Below the pieces are notes generated by a model. The model was given only the letters and a program-made list of their open reading frames with translations. It made no database searches and was not told where the DNA came from. A stretch of DNA of 64,000 nt from the human T2T-CHM13v2.0 reference genome, Homo sapiens: the NCBI RefSeq assembly GCF_009914755.1, contig NC_060926.1; one strand, written 5' to 3'. This document shows positions 1 to 12,959 of the stretch, in pieces; positions within the stretch are counted from its first letter, which is position 1, and each line of letters begins with the position of its first letter. Position numbers and translations under genes: made by a program.

Positions 1-1383
1 ACAGCATGGTACTGGTACCAAAACAGAGATATAGACCAATGGAACAGATAGAGCCCCGGGAAATAATACCACACATCTACAACCACCTGATCTTTGACAA
101 ACCTGACAAAAACAACAAATGGGGACAGGATTCCCTATTTAATAAATGGTGCTGGGAAAACTGGCTAGCCACAGGTAGAAAGCTGAAACTGGATCCCTTC
201 CTTACACCTTATACAGAAATTAACTCAAGATTGATTAAAGACTTAAATGTTAAACCTGAAACCATAAAAACTGTAGAAGAAAACCTAGGCAATACCATTC
301 AGGACATGGGCATGGGCAAGGACTTCATGACTAAAACACCAAAAGCAATGGCAACAAAAGCCAAAATTGACAAAAGTGATCTAATTAAACTACAGAGCTT
401 CTGCACAGCAAAAGAAACTACCATCAGAGTGAACAGGCAACCTACAGAATGGGAGAAAATTTTTGCAATCTACTCATCTGACAAAGGGCTAACATCCAGA
501 ATCTACAAAGAATTTAAACAAATTTACAAGAAAAAATCAAACAACCCCATCAAAAATTGGGCAAAGAATATGAACAGACACTTCTCAAAAGAAGACATTT
601 ATGCAGCCAATAGACACATGAAAAAATGCTCATCATCACTGGCCATCAGAGAATTGCAAATCAAAACCACAATGAGATACCACCTCACACCAGTTAGAAT
701 GGTGATCATTAAAAAGTCAGGAAACAACAGGTGCTGGAGAGGATGTGGAGAAATAGGAACACTTTTACACTGTTGGTGGGACTGTAAACTAGTTCAACCA
801 TTGTGGAAGACAGCGTGGCAATTCCTCAAGGATCTATAACTAGAAATACCATTTGACCCAGCCATCCCATTACTGGGTGTATACCCAAAGGATTGTAAAT
901 CATGCTGCTATAAAGACACATGCACACATATGTTTATTGCGGCACTACTCACAACAGCAAAGACTTGGAACCAACCCAAATGTCCATCAATGATAGACTG
1001 GATTAAGAAAATGTGGCACATATACACCATAGAATACTATGCTGCCATAAAAATGGATGAGTTCATATTCTTTGTAGGGACATGAATGAAGCTGGAAACC
1101 ATCATTCTGAGCAAACTATCACAAGGACAGAAAACCAAACACCTCATGTTCTCACTCATAGGTGGGAATTGAAAAATGAGAACACTTGGACACAGGATGG
1201 GGAACATCACACACTGGGGCTTGTCATGGGGTGGGGGGAGGGAGGAGGAATAGCATTAGGAGATATACCTAATGTAAATGATGATTTAATGGGTGCAGCA
1301 CACCAACATGGCACATGTATACATATGTAACTAACCTGCATGTTGTGCACGTGTACCCTAGAACTTAAAATATTAAAAAAAAA
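1..1383 (+). mobile_element. LINE-1 (L1PA5-like) 3' portion: ORF2 C-terminus, 3'UTR and short A tail; continues left of the window
   Basis: ORF 6-839 is L1 ORF2p C-terminal sequence including the CCHC region ([19 protein letters not shown]), with a premature stop at 837-839. The 3'UTR has the G-rich tract and AATGTAAATGA..TTAATGGGTGCAGCACACCAAC, typical of L1PA4-6. Confidence 0.95.
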
Positions 1384-1794
1384 TAATCTTCTCCCTGCTT
1401 CCTCTGCCCCTGACTGACCCTGGTTTATCCCCATGTGGCCCCGCATTATGGTGTGGCATGCCCTTTTGTCTTGGGGTCTGTTGAATGTAACAAACTATGT
1501 TTTCAGTGGTAGCTGTCTCCTGATCTGTTGGCTTTGCCATATCTTAATAAAACCTACATTAAAAAATTTAAAAAAATTAAGAAAACAAATCCTTAGTCCC
1601 AAGCTCATTCTACAACAATTATAATAAATACATATTGTTCTCTGCAGTAAAATGAATAAAATATTAGCTAATACTCAGGTATAGATTTTTGCGAGGTATG
1701 AAGCAAAGCATTTTTTTTGTATAAAAGCCATACCAAGGTCATCATGCTGAAAACACATTCTCATTGTATAGCAAATATTCCTTTTCTTTAAAAA

Positions 1795-2093
1795 TTTATT
1801 TATTTATTTTATTATTATTATACTTTAAGTTTTAGGGTACATGTGCACAATGTGCAGGTTAGTTACATATGTATACATGTGCCATGCTGGTGTGCTGCAC
1901 CCATTAACTCGTCATTTAGCATTAGGTATATCTCCTAAAGCTATGCCTCCCCCCTCTCCCCATCCCACAAAAGTCCCCAGAGTGTGATGTTCCCCTTCCT
2001 GTGTCCATGTGTTCTCATTGTTCAGTTCCCACCTATGAGTGAGAATATGCGGTGTTTGGTTTTTTTGTTCTTGCGATAGTTTACTGAGAATGA
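1795..2093 (-). mobile_element. 5'-truncated young L1 (L1PA3-like) 3'UTR fragment
   Basis: Reverse complement reads GCTAAATGACGAGTTAATGGGTGCAGCACACCAGC...CCCTAAAACTTAAAGTATAATAATAA followed by a (TAAA)n tail. Confidence 0.92.
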
Positions 2094-2895
2094 AAAAGGA
2101 ATTAGTTACAGCTATCCAATCAAACTTTGGACTTTCTAAAGAAAACTAAGCAATGCTTTAAAGTAAAATAAGATTTCTTACAAATACATACAAATTGCTT
2201 ATGTTTTATGTATTAACACATATATTGATTATCCATAAGCAGACACATTCTCTATTAAGTATAGGCATATTTCCATAGTTGTTGGTTTTGTTAACATCTA
2301 CTAATTTGAGGGGATGATAGTTACTTTCCATAAATGACTTTGTAGGTAAAAGTTTCATGTGTTATTCATTTGAACAAAGTGAACCATATCTCTTGTTTCA
2401 TAGGTCAGAGATTTGTAGTATTTCAGAGTCTCCCACCCAATTTATGACATGACCTAAGCAAAAATACCTGATTGTTCAATTTTTCCAGAAAAGGATATTA
2501 TCTTCAATATCCAAAATTAAAGAGATCTAAACATTTTGTCTACTCGATATTAACAATCTAGATATTTTTAAACATTTGAAAGAATACACAAATTGTCAGA
2601 CTATTAAGAGAAATGTTTGTTTCTTTTCCTCATTTTCTTTGAAAAAAATAGTTACACTCTTCAAGTGAAAAGTAATAAGAAGCAAACCTATGCCTTCTTC
2701 CCCCATCACCCAACCTATTTCCCTCTAGAAGATTAACATTTGACTTGTCCAATTTAGTGATGCTGAGAAAAGGAAGTGGATTTGCCTGGTTCAGACTGTT
2801 TTATAGCCATCTGTTCCAAGAGCATGTGGTCGCTGCACCTTCTCTCCAGCAATTACAGCTGAGAGAGGACCCAAGTGTTTCTTCCTCAGACAGGT

Positions 2896-3014
2896 CTAAA
2901 GGACTGTCATTCTCTGTCCTGGGTAAAGACATAATAGATAGGAGGCAATGCAGTTATTTCCTTCATGGTTTTCTGCTACATCTGCTCTGTAATTCAGTTT
3001 TGGATGGGATTTTC
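2896..3014 (-). other. Candidate terminal exon (putative coding part) of an unidentified minus-strand transcript
   Basis: Acceptor cctaatacttcccctacctctgtttttag|GAAAATCC has a branch-point-like CTAAT and a pyrimidine tract; the frame GKSHPKLNY...RMTVL* is open to the stop at 2896. No homology recognised. Confidence 0.3.
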
Positions 3015-3544
3015 CTAAAAACAGAGGTAGGGGAAGTATTAGGTCATTGAGGGTGGCCACAGAGCCAGGCCAGATTTTATTTGTCTGGACAGCTGATCTC
3101 AAACACAAGAAGGAAATAACGTCATTGTCGTATCCACAAAGTCCAACATAACTATTTGTTTTTGAGGAGTCTTGTCTCATACAAATACTTCTCTAAAGAA
3201 TGCCACTATTCTACTCAAAATATTTACTTTAAAATCTTTTCCAATTTCTTGTGTAATGTCATCAACTTTTAGATTAGAACAAACTGTCAAGACATAGTTC
3301 ACTGACTACTTTTACAACATATAATGTTAACTGACATTTTCAAAGAAATGTGTTTCTTAGAACAGTCTGTCCTGGTGAAGATTGAGCAGCAGATTTATAA
3401 TGCACAAAGATGAAAGTTTTGCATTAGCAATATCATCATAAGAATTTGAGATGTTCTTAGTCACTTGGGATGAATGGTCAGGTGGTACAGAAATACAGAT
3501 ATAGATTCCTCACCCATGGGATTCAGAACATAGATAATTTACTT

Positions 3545-4882
3545 TCTTTTTTAAAAATTATGTTCGTATGCATTTTCTATTTTTCCATAATTATTGGGGT
3601 ACAGGTGGTATTTGGTTATATGAGTAAGTTCTTTACTGGTGATTTGTGAGATTTTGGTAAACCCATCACCCGAGCAGTATACACAGCATCATGCTTATAG
3701 TCTTTTATCCTTTGGCCCCTTCCCACTCCTTCCCACAGTCCCCAAAGTCCATCGTGTCATTCTTATACCTTTGTGTCCTCATAGCTTAGCTCCCACATAT
3801 CACTGAGAACATACGATGTTCAGTTTTCCATTACTGAGTTACTTCACTTAGAATAATAGTCTCCAGTCTCATCCAGGTCGTTGTGAATGCCATTAATTCA
3901 TTCTGTTTTATGGCTGAGTAGTATTCCATCATATAAATATACCACAGTTTCTTTATCCACTCGTTGATTGATGGGCATTTGGGTTGGTTCCACGATTTTG
4001 CTGTTGCAAATTGTGATGCTATAAACATACGTGTGCAAGTATCTTTTTCGTATAATGACGTCTTTTCCTCTGGGTAGATACCCAGTAGTGGAATTGCTGG
4101 ATCAAATGGTAGTTCTACTTTTAATTCTTTAAGGAATCTCCATACTGTTTTCATTAGTGGCTGTGCTAGTTTACATTCCCACCAGCAGTGTAGAAGTTTT
4201 CCCTGTTCACCTCGTCCACATCAACATCAACTGTTTTTTGATTATGGCCATTCTTGCAGGAGTAAGGTGGTATCACATTGTGGTTTTGATTTCCATTTCC
4301 CTGATCATTAGTGATGCTGAGCATTTTTTCATGTTTGTTGGTCATTTGTATATTTTCTTTTGAGAATTGTCTATTCATGTCCTTAGCCCACTTTTTGAAG
4401 GGAATGTTTCTTTTTTTCTTACTGATTTGTTTGAGTTCATTGTAGATTCTGGATATTAGTCCTTTGTCAGATGTATACATTGTGAAGATTTTCTCCCACT
4501 CTACGGGTTGTCTGACTACTCTGCTGACTGTTCCTTTTGCTGTGCAAAAGCTCTTTAGTTTAATTAAGTCCCAACTATTTATCTTTGTTTTTACTGCATT
4601 TGCTTTTGGGTTCTTGGTCATGAAATCCTTGCCTAAGCCAATGTCTAGAAGGGTTTTTCCAATGTTATCTTCTAGAATTTTTATAGTTTCAGGTCTTAGA
4701 TTCAAGTCTTTAATCCATCTTGAATTGATTTTTGTATAAGGTGAGAGATGAGGATCCAGTTTCATTCTCCTACATGTGGCTAGCCATTTATTTCAGCACC
4801 ATTTGTTGAAAAGGGTGTCCTTTCCCCACTTTATGTTTTTGTTTGCTTTGTCGAAGATCAGTTGGCTGTAAGTATTTGGGTT
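3545..4882 (-). mobile_element. L1PB1-like 3' fragment (ORF2 end plus 3'UTR)
   Basis: ORFs 4166-4765 and 3831-4154 are L1 ORF2p ([21 protein letters not shown]; [24 protein letters not shown]); L1PB-type 3'UTR. Confidence 0.92.
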
Positions 4883-5528
4883 GCTTTCTTTAATCCATCA
4901 TTCCCTAAACTTACTTGATCATAGTACATGGCATTGTTTTAATTTTTATAAAGCAAAAACTAACAGCCCTTGGAACTTTTATTTAAGTGAAGATTGTTTG
5001 GAAAATATTTGTTGAATTGAGTGCATAAAAATGCTCTGCTTGTTTGTAGGATTCCTTTGAACAGTAAAAGGGCGAAAGTAGCTGGTGGAAAAATGGCTTT
5101 ATAAAAATAATAGAACTATTTAAAGCAACAAGCTCTTTGGTTTCCTTTGTTCACTTTAATGAAGCATACCACTTCGAGGCTTCAAGAGCTTTTTTACAAA
5201 ACTTCACATCTAATTTTTCCCTACAATAATTTTCAGCTCATTTTTTCCAGTGATAATTATTCACCCTCCTAGGGAGGTGATGAAGAGAAGCAGCAAGGAT
5301 AAGCATAGCATGCCACTTCACGCTGGGTTAAGTCATGTTTTGGTTAAATGGGTTTATATGGAGAGTTATTACCTGTTAAATGTTTTTTCTTCCTTTTTAA
5401 ACCAGAACCTTATCATTATAAAGTATGGTATTTTATTTAAATCATAAGTTGTTCTTTCTTAACAAAATGTTGCATTTGATTATAGGACAGGAAAAAGCAC
5501 AATACTAAAAACATGGGGAAATGCTCAC

Positions 5529-5619
5529 CTTTTGTGAAATCAACTTGTTTCAAAGACTGCTGGTTGAAGAAAATATTGTGAATTATTTTCTGAATGTCTT
5601 TCGCTGAGGACTTTTGCAC
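5529..5619 (-). other. Candidate 91-nt internal exon
   Basis: Acceptor ttctgttttttgtag|GTG and donor AAAAG|gtgagc; only one frame is open (VQKSSAKDIQKIIHNIFFNQQSLKQVDFTK); non-repeat sequence. Confidence 0.4.
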
Positions 5620-6158
5620 CTACAAAAAACAGAATGTATTTTCAACTTTCATTCATAGCCTTAATCCTGCATGGATTATAAAAACACTGAATGATCAAGT
5701 AATATCAGTTGCCAAGATAACATGATAGGGGAAAAATTATATTTAAAGAAAATAAATTTAAAGCATTGGTATATGTGATGTCACTATGGGAATATTAGTT
5801 GACCATGAGCCTAAAATTACACACAAATATAAAACACAAGTATGGTGAGCTGTACATAACATTCAGACTATTTACAGTTTCAAACTGTCTACAGATTCAG
5901 ACTTCATAGTGGTGCCCAGGTTATAATATATCCATTAGGAAAAATTATAAATAATTTTGAATTTTATTTGCATTACTTGCTCATTTATCCCTTAGATTAG
6001 ATTAGATATAAAGTGCCTTAGATATAAAGTAGAAATAACACGGCAACATGCGAAACACAAATTTCTAAATTATATTAAAAAATTTGTAGCACATTGCTTA
6101 ATAAAGAAAGAGACCAGAAATCTAAAATAATTAAGTCATGCATATGTCAAGACAGGAA

Positions 6159-6465
6159 TTTTTTTTTTTTTTTTTTGAGACAGAGTCTCCCTCTGTTGCC
6201 CAGGCTGGAGTGCAGTGGTATGATCTCGGCTTACTGCAACCTCCACCTCCGAGGTTAAAGCAACTCCCCTGCCTCCACTTCCTGAGTAGCTGCGACTACA
6301 AGCATGTGCCACCACACCACCACACCTGGCTAATTTTTTTGTATTTTACTAGAGACAGGGTTTCACCATGTTGGCCAGGATGGTCTCAATCTCCTGACCT
6401 CATGATCTGCCTGCCTTGGCCTCCCAAAGTGCTGTGATTACAGGTGTGAGCCACCACGCCCGACC
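6159..6465 (-). mobile_element. AluS
   Basis: Poly-T followed by the full dimeric Alu reverse complement ending CACGCCCGACC. Confidence 0.95.
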
Positions 6466-8000
6466 CCTCGAACATCTTTTCTACATGATCCCTAAAGAGC
6501 CTCCTTAAAACGGGGAAAAGTTTCAAATCCTTCTCCACTCCTCTAATCATCTATACCTTTTGTCTAAATACCATCATAAACTCAGAGGACCTCTCTTTCT
6601 AGACCCCTTTACCCTTTAGGGCCTTTTGTCCTTCAGAAATCTTTGGACATGCCAATTATATTCTTACTTTTCTGGTCCATTTGTATTCAGAAACTCTTGT
6701 TCATTCCTCCCTTTCATCTCTGACTTACCAGGATAATTTAGAGATCCTTTCAACTGTGTATGTCAAGACTCCCCTGCATCCGGCCAAGGCAGATGGAGTT
6801 TTGTCTTTACACAGAAAAGACTTTAATTGCTGGATAAAACATACTTTTGGCAATACTCCCTTTGTGAAACCTAAGAAGCCAAATGGGCGTGGCCACCCAT
6901 ACCTCCCCACAAAAAATAAAGACAGAATCAATTCAATTATAGACCAACATTCCCATCACCATAAAATCAGGCCTGTTATTTGTCCTATATGATTGTGAAA
7001 GCCTTATCTTTTCCAAAGCCCCAAGGGCTGCAGATGCTTCGGCAATAAGCACTTGATTGAGAATATAGCTGCACCACGGGCACTCCATCCAGGGGAAACT
7101 AGTCCAGATGGGTACCCAAGGATGCCTAGGTGCAGGTTGTAGAGCCTAGGAGGACAGGTATGCCTTGATATCCCTGGCTTGACTGGAGGACTGGCATCCT
7201 ACAGGATCCAGGTCCCCTGGCATCTTTCTGATTTCTTCACTGTCTTTCAGGTCATGTCAAGGACAAATCTACATTATAAGCAAAACTCCTAATACCAGGA
7301 CTTGTAGACTGACCAAAGGACACTCGACTGAGGTCCCTTCTCTGCACACTCTAGCGAGGGCATGACTACTGGGCCTTTTAACAGAACAGAATCACTGGGA
7401 ATCCAGATCTCCATACCCCAGGATTTCCCCCTTCTGATGCATCCTTAAAAATTGGAATAAATTTGACCCTCAAACCCTAAAAACAACAACAAACAAATAA
7501 AAAAACAAATTTTACTTTACAAAACCAGAGGAGGCCTGGCCAAAGAACTAAAGTATGAATTTTAATACCATCCTCCAGCTGGACCTTTTCTGCTGCTATA
7601 AGGGTAAATAGTCAGAGGTTCCCTATTTACAAACCTTCACAACCTTGTGAAAACATCTTAAAAAGTTCTCGGAGGACCCGAAAAGACTCATCGAGGGCTT
7701 CCAAAAATTGACTCTTATACTTAGACTATCTTCAAAGGATATAAGTATCTTCATAGGACAAGCCTCTCATGAGAAAAAAGACAAACCATCTATGAGGCAG
7801 CACTGTCCTGTGGGGATGACTTACACCTGGCAGACGTCAACTACCCCCAAGGGAGCTACAGCTGTTCCCCAGCAGGACCCCAATTGGTACTACAGACAAA
7901 AATAGGGGCCAGGAACCATATGCCCCTGTGTCTAATAAAAAAATTTAAAAGCTCAAGGCTACAAACTATAATAAACTAGCCATCATAGACCAGAGTAAGA
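6466..8000 (+). mobile_element. LTR-less class I ERV (ERV1) internal fragment: leader plus degraded gag (about 7395-8000)
   Basis: Translates to gammaretrovirus-like Gag motifs with frameshifts and stops: CILKNWNKFDPQTLK, FNTILQLDLFC..KGK*SEVPY (matrix), FSEDPKRLIEGFQKLT, AVPQQDPNW, NYNKLAIIDQ (capsid). Confidence 0.8.
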
Positions 8001-8169
8001 CAAGAACTGAAGACCTTCACACTTCCCAATAACAAATTCTGCATTATTATTTATAATTTTCTTTTTGTTAAATGTATAACAATATTTGCAACATAATTTA
8101 TCTCATAATGATTCATAATCATTATTACTTCATTAATATATCACCCCTTTGTCAAAATATAATGGTTTT

Positions 8170-8350
8170 CTAGTGAGACGTGTTACAGCTTAGTAGTTAG
8201 GAGCTCAAACTTGGATTGAATCCTAGTTTTGGCAACAGCTTGGACAAGTTAATTACTCTATTTCCTCAAATTCCTTCCCTGTAAAGCTAGGATGAACATA
8301 TGATCTACCCCACTGTGCTCCTGTGAGGATTTCAGTGGGTTTAAACATGG
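8170..8350 (+). mobile_element. MIR fragment
   Basis: Similarity to the MIR core (tagtagttaggagctc...gaatcctag...ttggacaagttaatt...ttcctc...ctgtaaa). Confidence 0.65.
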
Positions 8351-8795
8351 CAAAATTTGAGAGATGGTATTTTAGTTACTATTCAGTTTTAGTAATTCTG
8401 TAATTTTTATTATGACTCCTTAGGTGTGTAACTATTCATTTCCAAATACAGGAAATTTCTTATATTAGAATTAGCATAGTGAGAGAATATAACATGTATA
8501 TGTTAGTTTCAGTTAAATGTGTGCTAAAATATCCACTATTTTTTGGATTTGTCAATTTCTTCCAGTAATTTAGTCTACTTACTTCATATATTATATGCCA
8601 TATTCCTAGATGCTTAAAAGTTTAGGATTACTATATAATGGCACTTTAATTTCCATAATTATCTAATTAATAAGATTTCAGCATTCAGATTGATGGCAGG
8701 TTAGTCTCTGTAATAAATATATTTTATTTGGGGATTAATGTGTTAAGATGTTTGGAAAATGACTAAGTTTGTATCCTGACTGCTCTACGTCAGGA

Positions 8796-9068
<273 letters not shown>

Positions 9069-9553
9069 CACTATCTCAGGAATTTTTGACAGAAATCCCA
9101 CAACTTTCACTTAAGCTTCTAAAGGAGGGAAATGAGGCAGAATATGAGCCATCAGAAGTTGGAGAATGGTGACATTTGAGATAGGAGAGTCAACAAAGGA
9201 GGCTTCAAGAAAGAGGGTTTGGGTTTTTTTTGGATTGTAAAATAAGATGATAATGTTTAAAGAACCACTGTATTTACTGATTAAAATTATAATTTCAGTA
9301 GTTATTTTATAAAATCAAAACGTAAGTTGGAGGTAATTTGAGTATACCAAATCAAGGCTGGTTTTTGGTTTTTGGAAAGCTTGACATTGGGAAAAGTCTA
9401 AAGAAGGTTGAAGCTTAACCATCAGGATGAACGAACTTTGGGAGTTTAGACAATGAGAGGACATAGAAGACTTAAAGGGTAACATTGTAGCCTATTGACT
9501 TTAGTGTTAAAGGAGGTATAAAGTGGGATGTCCCTGAGTTGCTAATATCAGCA

Positions 9554-10259
9554 TGTTAGAGTAGGTAGTTAGACAGACATGAGCCAGGTGGGAGAGGGCC
9601 CCCCCAAGGAATAACATCAGGTGATGGTCAGGCAGGTGTTAAACTGTCTCTCTGAAATGATAACTGGTTGCAGCCAGTGCCTGGGGAAGACAGTCTCCCA
9701 ATACATAGAAAACACCTGGAGCTAATGATCAGCAGCTTCCTGATAAGATCTCAGGAGTTGGATGAGCAGGCTCAAGCATGTGCACTAAGAGGCAAAATGG
9801 CAGATGTATGACCTTCCTCTGTGGGTATTCAACTGGTAAAGGAAAATCATCTCTAGAGAGCATGCACACAGCCTCAGTAAATGCAAGATGCATGCAGTCA
9901 CCCTCCAAAGTGCTGACCGACACCGCATATGTAGCAGTTCAGCAGCAGCCTACCACAAGGGAAGAATCAAGAGAGGAGAAAAGAAAATCCTGGAACCATG
10001 CCAATGTATAAAACCCCAAGTCAAGGATTTAACAGGGCACATGGATCTCTCAAGTCACCTGTTGGGCCTTCTTCCAAGTTTACTTTGCTTCCTTGCTCCC
10101 GCTGTAAAACTTTTCAATAAACTCTTACTCCTGCTCTAAAAGTTATCTCCATCTTTCCCTCAGCCTTAAACCTACTTCTGCTCCTTGGCCAAATTCTGTC
10201 CTCTGAGGAGGCAAGGGTTGAGTTTGCTGCCAACCTGTGTGGATTCACCACTGGTAACA
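9554..10259 (+). mobile_element. MER50-like solo LTR (ERV1)
   Basis: TGTTAGAGTAGGTAG...GGTAACA termini, TATAAAA and AATAAA signals, MER50 motif GATAAGATCTCAGGAGTTGG; near-TSD AGCA/AGCC. Confidence 0.85.
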
Positions 10260-10347
10260 AGCCACTGGGCCATGAAATTAACAAGTTAAAGACTAGGCTT
10301 CTATCGCACGTCGAAGAAAACTATACATTAATGTTTTAAAATTTTTA

Positions 10348-10656
<309 letters not shown>

Positions 10657-11613
10657 TTAAATAAGTTTTCAATCTTTATCTCATTTTTAGATAAGACTTG
10701 TGTTTTCCAAACAAAGAATAATAAACTCAGACTTCTAATTGGGTTAAAAATAAGTTTTCATAATTTATCTATACAATTAATGGCTTTGGAGAGCCCAAGC
10801 CAAGTAAATAATTGAAAATTTTAGAGGAATAAAACTTCTATTTATGAATTATGAGGTCCTCTTTTTGGAAATTACCCTGGTTAAGTTTGTTTATTCTGCT
10901 CAATTGGAGAACAAGCAGTTAAGCTGCAAATTTTACATGATCCAAAATTATGGGAGATCTTTTGTTTCCAAATTTGTTGGATGTAATGGACTGTGAAGAA
11001 GGGCAATAAACTATTGCTAGAAATTACACTGAAGCTTTATGAACACATTTTCTTTTGTATTTCAGATAAAGTTCCCTTCGTGTGTATAAAATGCACTTAA
11101 TGATCTGGAGCTTACAATGTACCAGCAAAAATAAAAGAAGCAAAAAATAATTTTAAAGCAAGCCCAGAAATTATGCTAAATTTTTTCAAGGCTAAACTAC
11201 TACTGCCTATCTTAATAGAAATAGACTACATACCAATCAGGATCTAGTCGGCATGCCAAAAACATAGCCATTATTTTAAGAGATTGAATTTAATACGAAA
11301 AATTGTTAATTGAGTTTTGCTAGAGAACAGAAAAGACAAAAGGGAAACCCAGTGTTGTCACTAAGTAGTCAGTGCAGGGTCCACACCTGTGGAGGGGGGA
11401 ACAAAAGAGTTTGTGATTTGAAAACACACACACTTGGATGAGAGGTACCATATAGCTGGGACTCTGACCTCTAAGGAGGGATGCTAATCAGCTCCTTCCT
11501 ACTGGTGACTCAGACGCTTGCAGGTGAGGCCCCTGGAGCAAGGACCAGACATCTGAGGAGGAGCTGCCAAGACTTGTGCTGGTGTCTTTGAGTATTAGAA
11601 AAAGCCTCGTTCA

Positions 11614-11935
11614 CTGGATGGAATTGGAGACCATTATTCTAATTTAAATAACCCAGGAATGCAAAACCAAATATCGTATATTCTCACTCATAAGTGGGGC
11701 CTAAGCTATGAGGATGCAAAGGCGTAAGAGTGATGCAATGGACTTTAGGGGAACTCGGGGGAAAGGATGGGAGGGGGATGAGAGATAAAAGACTACAAAT
11801 TGGGTAGAATGTATACTGCCCAGGTGATGGATGCATGAAAATCTCAGAAATCACCACTAACGAACTTATTCATGTGACCAAACACTGCCTATTCCCCAAA
11901 AACCTATGGAAATTTTTTAAAAATTTAAAAAAGAA
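11614..11935 (+). mobile_element. Short 5'-truncated L1PB 3' end
   Basis: L1PB 3'UTR flanked by a 17-bp TSD, AGAAAAAGCCTCGTTCA (11597-11613) and AGAAAGAGCCTCTTTCA (11936-11952). Confidence 0.9.
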
Positions 11936-12959
11936 AGAAAGAGCCTCTTTCAGGGAGTGTTGGAAAAATGACAAATTGGAAGCAACTGTTGCTACTAGAA
12001 GTGTTTACTCCAGAACAGCTAATAGAAAATTCCCTCTTTCACTAATAGAAAAGTCCCTCTTCTCTCCTCTTGGTCAACCTTTGCTGCTCTTACAAGTAAA
12101 GCCTAATGGACAACCCAATTGAAAGAGAAGAAACGAGAATTTCAGCCCAGCCATATAAGCTGAGTACACAAGTGTGAGATTTGAAGCTGAAAGACAATAC
12201 TTAGTAACCAGCACAGGATATAAGGAGGAGAAATTGTGCAGTTTGTAGAACTCTGAAGAAGCAAATAAAAGTGTATGTCAATCAGCAAAATGACAAAGCA
12301 GATAAAACCTATAGAATGGGACACAGAGAGAAAGGAGATCTTGATAACATCTAAAGGCAAATTTCTTCTTGACAAGTCTCCCGGGATAATATGGTTCACA
12401 CTTATTCAGGCAAAGGTGGATACAAGAGAGGTTGAAAGCTTGGGTACTGCCAGGTCTCAGAAAAGAGGTGGATCTGTTACAGTGGAGAAGCATCATTTAC
12501 GCATTCCATTTATTCAAATTCAAGCATTCATTTAGGGAAAGGGAGAAAAATTTAAATCAGCATAGGCCACAATATTCTACTCTTTGAGCATACACCTAGG
12601 GAGAGCAAAAGATGGGTGGTTTGTGTTTGATGTTTCTCTCATCTGTCTCAGTCCTGCCTCTCATAGTGTGAGCATAAACCCTGAGGAGTGTGGGTCCACT
12701 AATTACACAGCCTCTAAACTTTAGCCAACATCTTCATTTGGTGCTCAAAAAGAAATCCTGCAATCTGGAGACAAAATTGAATAGGATTTATTGTAACACA
12801 GCATATAAGTAAAATGTACTTTCAAAAGTGACTTACGTTATCTTCAAAGGGCATTTTCAACAATCACTTTATAAGTTGAAATTAAAACCAAACCCATGTT
12901 TCATTAAGATACAACACCACTATATAACTATTAAGAAAACTAAGGTGGGGGTGAAGTAG

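Noticed and set aside
9554-10259. MER50 LTR as the 3' LTR of the gag fragment at 6466-8000
   Set aside because: Separated by 1.5 kb of MIR, Alu and L2-like sequence, and it has its own near-TSD, so it is a solo LTR.
12275-12535. 86-aa ATG ORF in non-repeat sequence
   Set aside because: No promoter, splice or homology support; length is within chance expectation.
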